From: Squalus acanthias
Lineage: Eukaryota
Assembly (NCBI GenBank): GCA_030390025.1
Contig: CM059431.1
Span: 144,462,001 to 144,526,000 of the forward strand
Length of the DNA stretch: 64,000 nucleotides
Reading direction: 5' to 3'
In this document: piece by piece, positions 50,303 through 64,000 of the stretch
How positions within the stretch are numbered: the first letter of the stretch is position 1
How the letters are laid out: the number at the start of each line of letters is the position of its first letter
The notes under the pieces: generated by a model
Seen by the model: only the letters and a program-made list of their open reading frames with translations
What the model was told of the DNA's origin: nothing
The model's database searches: none
Program-made: the position numbers and the translations under genes

Positions 50303-50375
50303 GTACCGCCGCTGCCCCTGTGAGAAAATCATGTTACACAATAATTGGCGTTAGTTACAGTCACTTAACAAACAA

Positions 50376-50533
50376 GGGGCGATTTTCCCCTTCAGTGCGC
50401 CCCGGCCGCCACTGGGGAAATTGTACAACTAATTCCATGAAACTCCGTCCATTAAAAACAATGAACGGAAAGTAATCCCAGAGGGAATGTGCTCTGCGAA
50501 TCTTTGGTGAAAACTGAAGGCAATATCCCTCCC
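50376..50533. mobile_element. Possible old MITE or palindromic non-autonomous DNA transposon
   Basis: Imperfect terminal inverted repeats ggggcgattttccccttcag / ctgaaggcaatatccctccc and a central palindrome ccgtccatt...aatgaacgg. Confidence 0.5.
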
Positions 50534-53500
50534 GGACTCTGCATTAGTTTCTTGAAGTCACATATTAATTTGGTGAAATCGTCACTCATCCATTGTATAA
50601 AGATTTGTTTTGTACTGTGATGATGAATGATGATGAATCGGCACTAACATGACTGACAATGCTTTTAATCTTACATTACTGGTGGAGAACCTAATCTAAC
50701 ATTAATGCTGGTGACACTACTCTAACATTACTGGTGGTGACCCTACTCTAACATTACTGGTGGTGTCTCAACTCTAAAATTACTGTTGGTGACACTACAT
50801 TAAAATTACTGGTGGTGACCATGCTCTAAAATTACTGATGGTGAACCTACTCTAACATTACTGGTGGTGTCTGAACTCTAACATTACTAGTGGTGAACCT
50901 GCTCTAACATTACTGGTGGTGACCCTACTCTAACATTACTGCTGGTGACACAACTCTAACATTAGTGGTGGTGACCCTACTCTAACATTACTGGTGGTGA
51001 CTCTACTCTAACATTACTGCTGGTGTCTCAACTCTAACATTACTGATGGCGAACCTACACTAACATTACTGGTGGTGTCTCAACTCTAACATTACTGGTG
51101 GTCACCCTAATCTAACATTACTGCTGGTGACACGACGCTGCCAATAATTGTGTTGATCCTGCTGTAACATTACAGGTGATGACCCTACGCAACACTACTG
51201 AAGTTGATCTAACACTCACAGTACATGTCATGAATCTAGGCTATTATTTCTGGTAGTGATCGTCGTCCTACATTATTCGTGGTGATCCTGCTGTAACATT
51301 ACTGGTGGTGAACCTGCTCTAACATTACTGGTGGTGTCTCAACTCGAACATTACTGGTGGTGTCTCAACTCTAACATTACTCTTGGTGTCTGAACTCTCA
51401 CATTATTGGTGTTCACCCAACTCTAATATTACTGGTGGTGACACTACTCTAACATTACTGGTGGTGACACTACTCAATCATTACTGTTGTTGACCATACT
51501 CTATCATTACTGGTGGTGAGCCTACTCTAACATTACTGATGGCAAACCTACTCTAACATTACTGGTGGTGTCTCAACTCTAACATTACTGGTGGGGAACC
51601 TACTCTAACATTACAAGTTGTGTCTCAACTCTTACATTACTGGTGATGAACCTACTCTAACATTACTGGTGGTGTCTCAACTCTAACATAACTGGTGGTG
51701 AATTTGCTCTAACATTACTGGTGGTGATTCTACTCTATCATTAGTGGTGGTGACCCTACTCTAACATTACTGATGGCGAACCTACTCTAACATTACTGGT
51801 GGTGACCCTACTCTAACATTACTGGTGGTGTCTCAACTCGAACATTATTGGTGGTCACCCTACTCTAACATTACTGCTGGTCACAACCGCTGCCAATAAT
51901 TGTGTTGATCCTACTGTAACATTACAGGTGATGACCCTACGCAACACTACTGAAGTTGATCCAACACTCACAGCACATGTCATGAATCTAGGCTATTATT
52001 TCTGGTACTGATCGTACTCCTACATTATTAGTGGTGATCCTGCTGTAACATTACTGGTGGCGAACCTGCTCTAACATTACTGGTGGTGTCTCAACTCTAA
52101 CATGACTGGTGGTGTCTCAACTCTAACATTACTGGTGGTGAAACAACTCTAACATTACTGGTGGTGAACCTGCTCTAACATTACTGGTGGTGACCCCACA
52201 CTTACATTACTGGTGGTGAACCTGCTCCAACATTACGGGTGGTGACTCAACTCTAACAGTACTGGTGCTGAACCAACTCCAACATTACTGGTTGTGTCTC
52301 AACTCTAACATTACTTCTGGTGAACCTACTCTAACATTACTAGTGGTGACCCTACACTAACATTATTGGTGGTGTCTCAACTCTAACATTACTGGTGGTG
52401 ACCCTACTCTAACATTACTGCTGGTGACACTACGCTAAAATTACTGTTGGTGACCCTACTCTATCATTACTCTTGGTGACCCTACTCTAACATTAAAGAT
52501 GGTGAACCTACTCTATCATTACTGGTGGTGTCTCAACACTAACATTACTGGTGGTGAACCTACTCTAACATTACTGGTGGTGAACCTGCTCTAACATTAC
52601 TGGTGGTGAACCAACTATAACATTACTGGTGGTGTCTCAACACTAACATTACTGGTGGTGAACCTACTCCAACATTACTGGTGGTGAACCTGCTCTAACA
52701 TTACTGATGGTGACACTACTCTATCAATATTGATGGTGACCCTACTCCATCATTACTGGTGGTGACACTACTCTATCATTACTGGCGGTGGCCCTGCTCT
52801 AACATTACTGATGGTGAACCAACTCTAACATTACTTATGGTGAACCTGCTCTAACATTACTGGTGGTGAACCAAATCTAACATTACTGGAGGTGACCTTA
52901 CTCTAACATTCCTGGTGGTGAATTTGCTCTGAAATTACTGGTGGTGTCTCAACTCTAACATTACTGATGGCGTCTCAACTCTAACATTATTGGTGGTGAC
53001 TGCACTCTAACATTACTGGTGGTGAACCTGCACTAACATTACTGGTGGCGTCTCAACTCTAACATTACTGGTGGTGAACCAACTCAAAATTACTGGTGGG
53101 AACTGAAATCTAACATTACTGGTGGTGAACCTGCTCTAACATTACTGGTGGTGTCTCAACTCTAACATTACTGGTGGTGACTGCACTCTAACATTACTGG
53201 TGGTGAACCTGCTCTAACATTACTGGTGGTGTCTCAACTCTAACATTACTGGTGGTGTCTCAACTCTAACATTACTGGTGGTGACACTACTCTAGCATTA
53301 CTGGTGGTGACCCTACTCTAACATTACTGATGGCGAACCTGCTCGAACATTACTGGTTTGTGTCTCAACACTAACATTACTGTTGGTGACCGCGCTCTAA
53401 CATTACTAGTGGTGACCCTGCTCTAACATTACTGATGGTGAACCAACTATAACATTACTGGTGGTGTCTCAACACTAACATTACTGGTGGTGAACCTACT

Positions 53501-56261
53501 CCAACATTACTTGTGGTGAACCTGCTCTAACATTACTGGTGATGACACTACTCTCTATCATTATTGATGGTGACCCTACTCCATCATTACTGGTGGTGAC
53601 ACTACTCTAACATTACTGATGGTGAACCAAATCTAACATTACTTATGGTGAACCTGCTCTAACATTACTGGCGGTGAACCAAATCTAACATTACTGGAGG
53701 TGACCTTACTCTAACATTACTGATGGTGTCTCAACTCTAACATTACTGGTGGTGACTGCACTCTAACATTACTGGTGGTGAACTGCACTAACATTACTGG
53801 TGGTGTCTCAACTCTAACATTACTGGTGGTGAACCAACTCAAAATTACTGGTGGTGACTGCACTCTAACATTACTGCTGGTGAACCTGCTCTAACATTAC
53901 TGGTGGTGTCTCAACTCTAACATTACTGGTAGTGTCTCAACTCTAATATTACTAGTGGGGAACCGACTCTAACATTACTGGTGGTGACACTACTCTAGCA
54001 TTACTGGTGGTGACACTACTCTAACATTACTGATGGCGAACCTACTCGAACATTACTGGTTTGTGTCTCAACACTAACATTACTGTTGGTGACCCCGCTC
54101 TAACATTACTGGTGGTGACCCTACTCTAACATTACTCTTGGTGACCCTACTCTAACATTACTGGTGGAGTCCCTACTCTAACATTACTGGAGGTGACCCT
54201 ACACTAACATTAATGGTGGTGACCCTACTCTAACATTAATGGTGGTGACCCTACGCAACACTACTGAAGTTGATCCTAAACTCACAGTAAATGTCATGAA
54301 TATAGGCTACTATTGCTGGTAGTGATCGTATTCCTACATTATTAGTGGTGATCCTGCTGTAACATTACTGGTGGTGAACCAAATCTAACATTGCTGGTGG
54401 TGAACCAACTCTAACATTACTGGTGGTGTCTCAACTCTAACATTACTGGTGGTGACCCTACTCTAACATTACTGGGGTGGAACTTACTCCAACATTACTG
54501 GTGGTGAACCAACTCTATCATTACTCGTGGTGACCCTACTCTAACATTACTGATTTTGAACCTACTATAACATTACTGGTGGTGTCTCAACACTAACATT
54601 ACTGGTGATGACCCTACTCTAACATTACTGCTGGTGACCCTACTCTAACATTACTGGTGATGACCCTACTCTAACATTACTGGTGGTGACCCTACTCTAA
54701 CATTACTGGTGGTTTCCTTACTCTATCATTACTGCTGTTGTCCCTACTCTAACATTACTGATGGTGTAACTACTCTAACATTACTGGTGGTGTCTCAACT
54801 GTTACATTACTGGTGGTGAACCTGCTCTCACATTATTGGTGGTGGCTCAACTCTAACATTACTGTTTGTGACCCTACTCTAACATTACTGTTGGTGACCC
54901 TACACTAACATTAAAGGTGGTGACCCTACACTAACATTAATGGTGGTGACCCTACTCTAACATTAATGGTGGTGAACCTACTCTAACATTACTGGTGATG
55001 ACCCTACTCTAACATTACTGCTGGTGACCCTACTCTAACATTACTGGTGATGACCCTACTCTAACATTACTGGTGGTGACCCTACTCTATCATTACTGGT
55101 GGTGACCCTATTCGAACATTAATGGTGGTGACCCTACTTTAACATTACTGTTGGTGACCCTACACTAACATTAATGGTGGTGACCCTACTCTAACATTAA
55201 TGGTGGTGACCCTACTCTAACATTACTGGTGGTGACCCTACTCTAACATTACTTGGGTGGAACTTACTCCAACATTACTGGTGGTGTCCCAACTCTAACA
55301 TTACTTGTGGTGCAACACTACTGAAGTTGAGCCTACACTCACAGTACATGTTATCAATTCAGGCTGCTATTGCTGGTAGTGATCGTACTCCTACATTATT
55401 AGTGGTGATTCTGCTGTAACATTACTGGTGGTGACTCTAATCTATCATAACGGGTGGTGACTCCACTCTAACATTACTGGTGGTGTCTCAACTCTAACAT
55501 TACTGGTGGTGAACCTGCTCTAATATTATTGGTGGTGAACCTGCTCTAACATTACTCGTGGTGAAACTGCTCTAACATTACTGGTGGAGTCTCAACTCTA
55601 AAATTATTGGTGGTGAACCTGCTGTAGCATTACTGGTGATGACACTACTCTAATATTACTGGTGGTGAACTTGCTCTAACCTTACTGGTGCTGACCCTAC
55701 TCTAACATTACTGCTGGTTATTCGACTAACCTTACTGGTGCTGATCCTACTCTAACATTACTGTTGGTGTCTCAACTCTAACATTACTGGTGGTGTCTCA
55801 ACTCTAACATTACTTATGGTGAACCAGCACTAACATTACATGTGGTCAACCAAATCTAACATTACTGGTGGTGTATTAACTCTAACATTAATAGTGGTGA
55901 ACCTACTCTAACATTACTGGTTGTGTATCAAATCTAACATTACTGGTGTTGAACCTGCTCTAACATTACTGTTGGTGTCTCAACTCTAACATTACTGGTG
56001 GTGTCTCAACTCTAACATTACTTATGGTGAACCAGCACTAACATTACATGTGGTCAACCAAATCTAACATTACTGGTGGTGTATTAACTCTAACATTAAT
56101 AGTGGTGTATCAACTCGAACATTACTGGTGGTGAACCTAATCCTTCATTACTGGTGGTGACCCTACTCTAACATTACTTTTGGCGAACCTACTCTAACAT
56201 TACTGGTGGTGTCTCATCTCTAACATCTCTAACATTACTGTTGGTGACCCTCCTCTAACAT

Positions 56262-56510
56262 TAATAAGAACATAAGAACATAAGAAATAGGAGCAGGAGT
56301 AGACCAATCGGCCCCTCGAGCCTGCTCCGCCATTCAATGAGATCATGGCTGATCTGATCCAACCTCAACTCTAAAGAACACGAGAAGTAGGAGCAGGACC
56401 AGGCCACTCGGCCCCTGGGCACGCTCCGCCACCCACAGGGCCTTGACCGATCTGAACTCAAACTCATGTCCAATTTCCAGCCCGCTCCCCGTAACCCCTG
56501 ATTCCCTTTA
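56262..56510 (-). mobile_element. Short CR1-tail retroposon inserted in the satellite, with a tandemly doubled 3' stem-loop region
   Basis: (taagaaca)n tail, then two successive related segments taggagcaggagtagaccaatcggcccctcgagcctgctccgcca and taggagcaggaccaggccactcggcccctgggcacgctccgcca. Confidence 0.8.
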
Positions 56511-57232
56511 CCTGCTCTAACATTATTGGTGGTGGCTCAACTCTAACATTACTGTTTGTGACCCTGCTCTAACATTACTGTTGGTGACCCTACACTAACA
56601 TTAATGGTGGTGACCCTACTCTAACATTACTGGTGGTGACCCTACTCTATCATTACTGGTGGTGACCCTATTCGAACATTAATGGTGGTGACCCTACTCT
56701 AACATTACTGGTGGAGTCCCTACTCTAACATTACTGGAGGTGACCCTACTCTAACATTACTGGTGGTGTCTCAACTCTAACATTACTGGTGGTGATTCTA
56801 TTCTAAAATTATGCTGGTGACCCTACTCTAACATTACTGTTGGTCACCCTACTCTAACATTACTGCTGGTAACACGACGCTCTCAATAATTGTGTTGATC
56901 CTACTGTAACATTACAGGTGATGACCCTACGCAACACTACTGAAGTTGATCCTAAACTCACAGTAAATGTAATGAATCTAGGCTACTATTGCTGGTAGTG
57001 ATCGTATTCCTACATTATTAGTGGTGATCCTGCTGTAACATTACTGGTGGTGAACCAAATCTAACATTGCTGGTGGTGAACCAACTCTAACATTACTGGT
57101 GGTGTCTCAACTCTAACATTACTGTTTGTGACCCTACTCTAACATTACTGTTGGTGACCCTACACTAACATTATTGGTGGTGACACTACTCTATCATTAA
57201 TGGTGGTGACCCTATTCGAACATTAATGGTGG

Positions 57233-58917
57233 TGTAGAATTCGCAATATTATCGCGATTTTATAAATAAGGAGGAGACACATAGTTTCGTACAAACAGCT
57301 TTATTTCAGCAGAATGCTGTCAGGTTTTCAAAGTGGACACAAGCAGCCTGTAAAATGGCCGCCACGCCTCGTGGCAGAACATTCTAGACTTTTCGATAAG
57401 CAGACAAAATGGCGTTCCAATAAACATTTGTGCGAGATCGGACAAGACTCAGCACATTTGAGATAAATCACAAGACATAATGGGTTTGCATTTTACACAT
57501 AAATACTGGAATCGGTCTCCCAGGTGCGAATAAGGGCTATTGTACCAAGCGATCAAGAACCCATCCAAAGACATTAATATGCAAAATCCCCACGACTCCA
57601 CGATGAGAGAGCCATTTGCGGATAGTTACAGAAACATCTGGAAGCCCCAAAAGCCCTCCAGGGAGAATACTGACCGGTTACACAATGGGAGAAGTATTAA
57701 CGGGTACTCAGGCAGTTATAAGTATCACCGAAACCCATTAAACGGAGATCACCCTATACAAGAAGTTTGAGCGCCAAAACCCTAACAAAAGAAAAGACAT
57801 TAAGACTGGGCGGGAAAAGAGGAATCACAGCACTATAACTGTAAGGTACAACCGTCCATCTGTCTCTTGCCGCTTGCTCTTGCCTCTTCGCCTGCGACGC
57901 TGTCTCTTGACTCCTTGCTGCTCGACTTGCTAGAAGACTATTGAACTTTCTGATCCGCCAGGATCAACCTCGTGGCTTGCTGCGAAGATCTGTGTGGAAC
58001 TGGGCTGGGAAGCCTTGAAACGGGCACACCATCCCGAGAAGTCGGTAAACGGTGTTGGAACCGAAGGCCCGAGATGAGATGAGATGAGATGAGATGAGAT
58101 GAGAAGAAGACGACCATACGTATCGCCACGGTCAGTAAGCTCCGACCGCGCCTGTAGGTCGAATAAACATTTTTCCTTGCCCAGGAAGACTATTCTTTGA
58201 ATTTTACAGAACTGGCATCGGAAGACCATTCTTCGAATTTTACCGCATCGGTCTGAGGGCACAGGAAGACTCTTCTTTGAGTAGTGTCGGAACTCCGAGG
58301 ACAACACAGATCTTCATGACAGCAGACGGTCCAGCCCACTAGCCGGAGCAGAAACGAGTAAACAAGTGGGGTACGGAGACCCCTGATCAACACGTGGGTG
58401 GTCAGGTGCTGCGGTAGAAACATCCGAGCAGAGTTTCGGAATTCTCCGAGTTATCACGAGTGGTGAGCATGAGTCTCGATCCTACAAATCTAGTTTAGGT
58501 CAGGTATTGATAGGGGAGGGTCTAAGTTTTAAGGATAATTATAATGTGTGCCCCCTTTTACGATGTGTCGTGCGCTCCTCGTTTCCCTAAAATTAGTTAC
58601 ATAACTGCGTGTAAGATTGTACTGTCATTAATCTGTGCTTATGACATGTATTTCGTAATCTTGAATAATATGCAATAAAGATTTTCCATTTCGCACTATT
58701 CAACCGGGTCTACCTGAGTTTTCTCTGCATTATTGCTCTCGCATCTAAGTCCAGTGTCAGAACCGTAAGGGCGAGTGGGTCGAACCACTCACAGGTGTCC
58801 AGTGCTACCAGACTGGCTGGAGACCAGAACAGGCAACAAGGCCTAACCCGCACTAGCACCCAGGCTAAGCACAGAGCCTCAAGCGTGTCACACACACCAC
58901 GTGTCAAAACCCTTACA
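57233..58917 (+). mobile_element. Solo LTR, 1685 bp (ERV or Gypsy-type)
   Basis: TGTA...TACA termini with a 4-bp TSD gtgg at 57229-57232 and 58918-58921, cutting one satellite monomer. TATA-like ctataa at about 57833, AATAAA at about 58674, internal (gagat)n at 58071-58103. No retroviral ORF. Confidence 0.88.
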
Positions 58918-61900
58918 GTGGTGACCCTACTCTAACATTACTGTTGGTGACCCTACACTAACATTAATGGTGGTGTCCCTACTCTAACATTAATGGTGGT
59001 GACCCTACTCTATCATTACCGGTGGTGACCCTGCAATAACATTACTGGAGGTGTGCCTACTTGAAATTAATGGTGGTGATTCTACTCTAAATTTAATGAT
59101 GTTGTCCCTACGCTAACATTACATGTGCTTTTTCACTCTAACATTACTGCTAGTAACTAGTCTATCATTAATGATGGCAATCCTGCACTAACATTATTTG
59201 CGTTGACGCTACTCTAACATTACTGGTAGAAACCTCACTCTAACATTACTGTAGTGACACTGCACTATCATTACTGGTTGAAACCCTAAGCTAACCTTAC
59301 TGATGGTGTATCACTATAACATTACGTTAGCTGACCATACTCTAACATCAAATTTGTGGTTTCCCTACTCTATCATTATTGGTGGGGACTCTACTTTTTT
59401 ATTAATGATGGTGGCCCTACTCGAAAATTACTTGCGCTGACGCTACACTTACACGACAGGTGTTGATCCTACTCTAACATTAATTGTGCTGGCCATACTC
59501 GAACATTAATGGTGTTGTCCTTACTCTATCATTACTGGCGATGAACCGACTCTTATATTACTGGTGGTGACTCTACTCTAACATTAATGGTTCTGACCAT
59601 ATTCGAACATTATTGGTGGTGACTCCACTTTAACATTGCTGGTAGTAACAGTGCTCTTACGTTACAGGTGGTGAAACTACACTAACACAACTGATGGTGA
59701 CACTGCTCTAACATAGCTGATTGTGACCCTACTCTAAAATCAATGTTGGGGAAATTAAACTAACATTACTGATGGTGACTTACTGTAGCATTGCTGTTGG
59801 TGGAACTACACTAATATTGCTGGTGCTGACCCTATACTAACATTGCTGATGGTGAATCCACTCTAACATTATTGGTATTTACCATACCCTAACATAAATA
59901 TTGTCGTGTCTCTACTCTAGCATTACTGATGGTGATCCCACTCCAAAGTTACTGGTGGTGACCCTACTCTACCATTACTGGTGGTGATTCTACTCAAACA
60001 TTACTGGTGGTGAACCTACTCTAACATTACTGGTGGTGACCCTACAGTAACATTACAATGATGACCCTGCTCTAACAATACTGGTGGTGACTCTACTCTA
60101 ACATTACTGGTGAGTAACCTACCCCAACATTACTACTGGTGACCCTACTCGAACATTACCAGTGGTAACTCTATGATAACTTTAATGGTGGTGATTCTAC
60201 TCTATTGTTACTGGTGGTGACCCTACTCCAACATTACTGACAGTGAACCAACTCTAACATTACTGGTGGTGAGCCTTTGATAAATTTACTAGTGCTGACT
60301 CTTTTCTAACACTAATGGCGGTGATCCTACTCCAACATTACTGGTGGTGACCCTACTCTAACATTACTGGTGGTGATCCTACTCCATCATTGTTGGTGGT
60401 GATTCTACTCCAACATTGCTGGTGGTGACCCAACTCTAACATTACTGGTGGTGACCCTACTCTAACATTACTGATGGAGACCCTAGTCTAACATTACTGG
60501 TGGTGAAACTACTTTAGCATTACTGTTGTTGACCCTGTCCGAAAATTACTGGTGGTTACTCTACTCTCACATTACTGGTGGTGACTCTACTCTCACATTA
60601 CTGGTGGTGAACCTACTCTAACATTACTGGTGGTGACACTACTCTGACATTACTGCTGGTGATCCTACTGTAACATTACTGGTGGTGACTCTACTCTGAC
60701 ATTACTTGTGGTGATCCTACTGTAACATTACTGGTTGTGAACCTAATCTAGCATTACTGATGGTGATCCTACTGTAACATTACTGGTGGTGACTCTACTC
60801 GAACATTACTGACTTTGACACGGTGATTACATTACTGCTGGTGACACTACTCTAACATAACTGCTGTTGTCTCGACTGTAACATTACTGATGATGACCCT
60901 AGTCTAACATTACTGGTGATGACCCCACTCTTACATTACTGGTTGTGGCCCTACTCTAACATTACAGGTGATGACCCTACGCTAACATTAATGAAGTTGA
61001 TCGTACTCTCAGTGTACATGTCATGAAACTAGTCTAACATTACAAGTGGTGTACCTACTCTAAAATTACTCGTGATATCCCAACTCTAATTTTACTGGTG
61101 TTGATCCTACTATAACGTTACTGTTGGTGACCTTCCTCTAAAGTTTCTCCTCGTGAAACTAATTTAACACTACTAATGGTGACCATTCTCCAACATTGCT
61201 GGTGGTGACCGTGATTTAAAATTACCTTTGGTTACACCACTCTGTCATAACTGATTGTGACCCTTCTCTATCATTGCTGTTGGCGACCGTACTCTAACAT
61301 TATTGGTGGTGAATCTACTCCAACATTAATGGTGGTGACCCACACTAACATTGCTGGTGCTGACTGCACTCTTACATTACTGGTGGTGAAACTACTCTAA
61401 CATTACCAGTGGTGACCCTACTCTAACATTACTGGTGGTGACCCTACTCTAACAATTGTGGTGGTGACCCTACTCTAACGTTACTGGTGGTGAAACTACT
61501 CTATCATTACTGTTGTTGACCCTACTCTAATATTATTGGCGGTGATCCAACTCTAACATTACTGGTAATGACTCTACTTTAACGTTACTGGTGGCAAAAC
61601 TATCTAACATTAGTTGTGGTGTCCCTGGTTGAACATTACTATTGCTGACCCTACTCTAAAACAACTGACTGTGACCCAACTCTAACATTCCCAGTGGTGA
61701 ACCTACTCTAACATTACTGGTTTTGACTGTATGATAACTTTACTGATGGTGATCATACAGTAACATATATGGTAGTGATCCTTCTGTAACATTACTGGTG
61801 ATGCCCCACTCTAACATTACTGGTGATGCCCCACTCTAACATTACTGGTGGTTTATTTACACCAACATTACTGCTGGTAACTCTAATGTATCATTACTGG

Positions 61901-62240
61901 TGATGCCCCACTCTAACATTACTGGTTCACTTACTTTACACAAGCATTACTGGTGGTAACTCTACTGTATCATTACTGACGGTGACACTATTCGAACATT
62001 ATTGGTGGTGACTCTAGTCTAACATTACTGGTGTTTTCCATGCTCTAACATAACTGGTGGTGACCCTACTCTATCGTTACTGGTGTTGAAACTACTCTAA
62101 CATGACTGTTGGTGAACCTGGTCGAACATTACTGGTCGTGAACCTAGTCTAGCATAACTGATGGTGACCCTACTCCAGCATTACTGATGGTGACCCTATT
62201 CTAACATTACTTGTGGTGAGCCTATGATTAATTTACTGGT

Positions 62241-62700
62241 ATAAAAACAGAAAAAGCTGGTGGAATTCAGCAGGTCAGGCAGCATCTGTGAAGAGATAAA
62301 CAGAGTTAACGTTTCAGGTCGATGACCTTTCGTCAGAACTTGAAAAAAGCAGAAAATGGAACAGATTTTTAAGCAAGTGTAGAGGCTGGGAAAGTGGGGG
62401 AGGGGATGAAAGAACAAAAGGGAAGATCTGTCATAGGATAGAAGGCGGAAGAGGTTAAGAGACATTAAGAGATTTTCAAGGCAAAAGGAGATGGTAATGG
62501 GACAGTGTTAAGAAACAAATGATGACTCTAGGTGAAGTGTAAATTGCGCTGGCAGAATAAAAGACAGCTGCCATGTGGGGGAGAAGAAAAAAAAGACAGA
62601 CAAAGCGTGTGGATAAAAAATATATATGTAAATGATAGGGGCTGAGGATATGATCTGAAATTGCTGAACTCTATGTTGAGTCCAGAGGGCTGTAAAGTGA
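62241..62700 (-). mobile_element. Penelope-like 3' fragment of the same family as 2119-2729
   Basis: Colinear with 2119-2545, including the ORF end TLQPSGLNIEFSNFR and the pseudo-LTR. Confidence 0.88.
62304..62340 (-). ncRNA. Minimal type I hammerhead ribozyme motif, core intact
   Basis: Reverse complement is AGUU-CUGACGA-A-AGGUC(AUC)GACCU-GAAAC-GUU-AACU. It differs from the 2180 copy only in the stem II loop. Confidence 0.75.
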
Positions 62701-62719
62701 CTAGAGGAGTAGACTAGTG

Positions 62720-64000
62720 TGTCATAGAGTCATAGTCATAGAGTTATACAGCACAGAAAGAGGCTCTTCGGCCCATTGTGTCCGGGCCGGCCATGAAGCC
62801 CTGTCTATTCTAATCCCATTTTCCAGCACTTGGTCCGTAGCCCTATATGCTATGGCGTTTCCAGTGCTCCTCTAAATGATTCTTCAATGTTGTGAGGGTT
62901 CCTGCCTCTACCATTGTTTCAGGCAGTGAGTTCCAGATTCCAAACACCCTCTGGGTGAAAATGTTTTTCCGGAAATCCCCTCTAAACCTCCTGCCCCTTA
63001 CCTTGAAAATATGCCCCTTGCTTATTGACCCCTCTACTAAGGGAAAAAGTTCCTTTCTAACTACCCTCTATATGCCCCTCATAATTTTGAACACCTCAAT
63101 TAGGACCCCCCTCAGCCTTCTCTGCTCTAAGGAGAACAACCCCACCCTGCCCAGTCTCTCTTCATAGCTGAAGCCCTCCAGCCCAGGTAAAATCCCTGTG
63201 AATCTCCTCCGCACCCTCTCAAATGCAATCACATCCTTCCTATAGTGTAGCAACCAGAACTGCACATAATATTCCAGTTGTGGCCTAACCGGCTTTTTGT
63301 ACAGCTCCATCATAATCTCCCTGCTCCGATATTCTATGCCTCGGCTAATGAAGGCAAGTATCCCATATGCCTTTTTAACCAACTTATCTAACTGACCTGC
63401 TGCCTTCAGGGATCCATGTACATGCACGCCAAGGTCCCACTGATCCCCTGTCCTTCCTATGGTCCTACCATTCATTGTTTATTCCCTTGCCTTGTTAGTC
63501 ATCCCAAAATGCATCACCTCACACTTTTCAGGGTTAAATACCATTTGCCAATGTTCTGCCCATCTAACTAACCCATCTATATCGTTCTGTAGCCTGAGGC
63601 TTCCCTCCTCGCTATTTACCACTTCACCAATTTTCGTGTCACATGCGAACTTACTGATCATACCTCCGACATTCATATCTAAATCATTAATGTACACTAC
63701 AAACAGCAAAGGACCCAGCACCGATCCCTGCGGTACACCACTGGACACAGGTTTCCAGTCACAAAAGCAACCTTCGACCATCACCATCTGCCTCCTGCCA
63801 CTAAGCCAATTTTGGATCCAATTTGCCAAGGTGGCCTGGATCCCATGGGCTCTTACCTTCTTGATCAGTCTCCCATGCGGGACCTTGTCAAAAGCCTTAC
63901 TGAAGTCCATGTAGATCACATCAACTGCACTACCCTCATTCACACACCTAGTCACCTCCTCGAAAAATTCAATCAAATTGGTCAGACATGATCTCCCCCT
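62720..64000 (-). mobile_element. CR1 LINE 3' part running off the window end (same family as the nested CR1 at 13055)
   Basis: RT remnants DFSKAFDKVPH and [10 protein letters not shown] at 63479-63976; tail (catagagt)n. Confidence 0.93.

Larger units (their letters stand above)
50670..62235. repeat. 26-bp tandem satellite, consensus CTCTAACATTACTGGTGGTGACCCTA (about 11.5 kb including insertions)
   Basis: Hundreds of head-to-tail copies with variant ends (gacccta, gtctcaa, gaacctg). Confidence 0.97.

Noticed and set aside
50670..62235. CRISPR-like appearance of a constant 19-bp core with variable 7-bp ends
   Set aside because: The variable parts are a few recurring variants, not unique spacers. 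The context is vertebrate and there are no cas genes.

Overview
This is eukaryotic, repeat-dense DNA from a cartilaginous fish. The taxon call rests on elasmobranch-type HE1/V-SINE and DeuSINE copies, abundant CR1 LINEs, Penelope-like elements and a two-exon GPR139-like receptor. Positions 1-36.6 kb hold a tandem segmental duplication. Each copy follows a 14-bp satellite array (copy A 1366-14591, copy B 23991-36583) and carries a CRE/ETS promoter-like element, a candidate non-coding first exon, and one exon encoding a pyrin (PYD) death-fold domain. The PYD exon is intact in B and broken in A (stop codon plus 1-nt frameshift). Over codons 1-72 the two exons differ at 19 amino-acid-changing codons but only 1 synonymous codon, while the flanking introns are much more alike. 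This suggests diversifying selection on a possible PYD-only or PYD-led immune gene family. Several Penelope-like insertions carry minimal hammerhead ribozyme motifs, and two tiny fold-back insertions have empty sites in the other copy. The right half contains tRNA-Asn and tRNA-Val pseudogenes, a nearly intact CR1 ORF2, an intact 322-aa GPR139-like GPCR gene, and an 11.5-kb 26-bp satellite interrupted by a 1.7-kb solo LTR. All alignments and counts were done by eye, and repeat boundaries are approximate unless a target-site duplication (TSD) is quoted.
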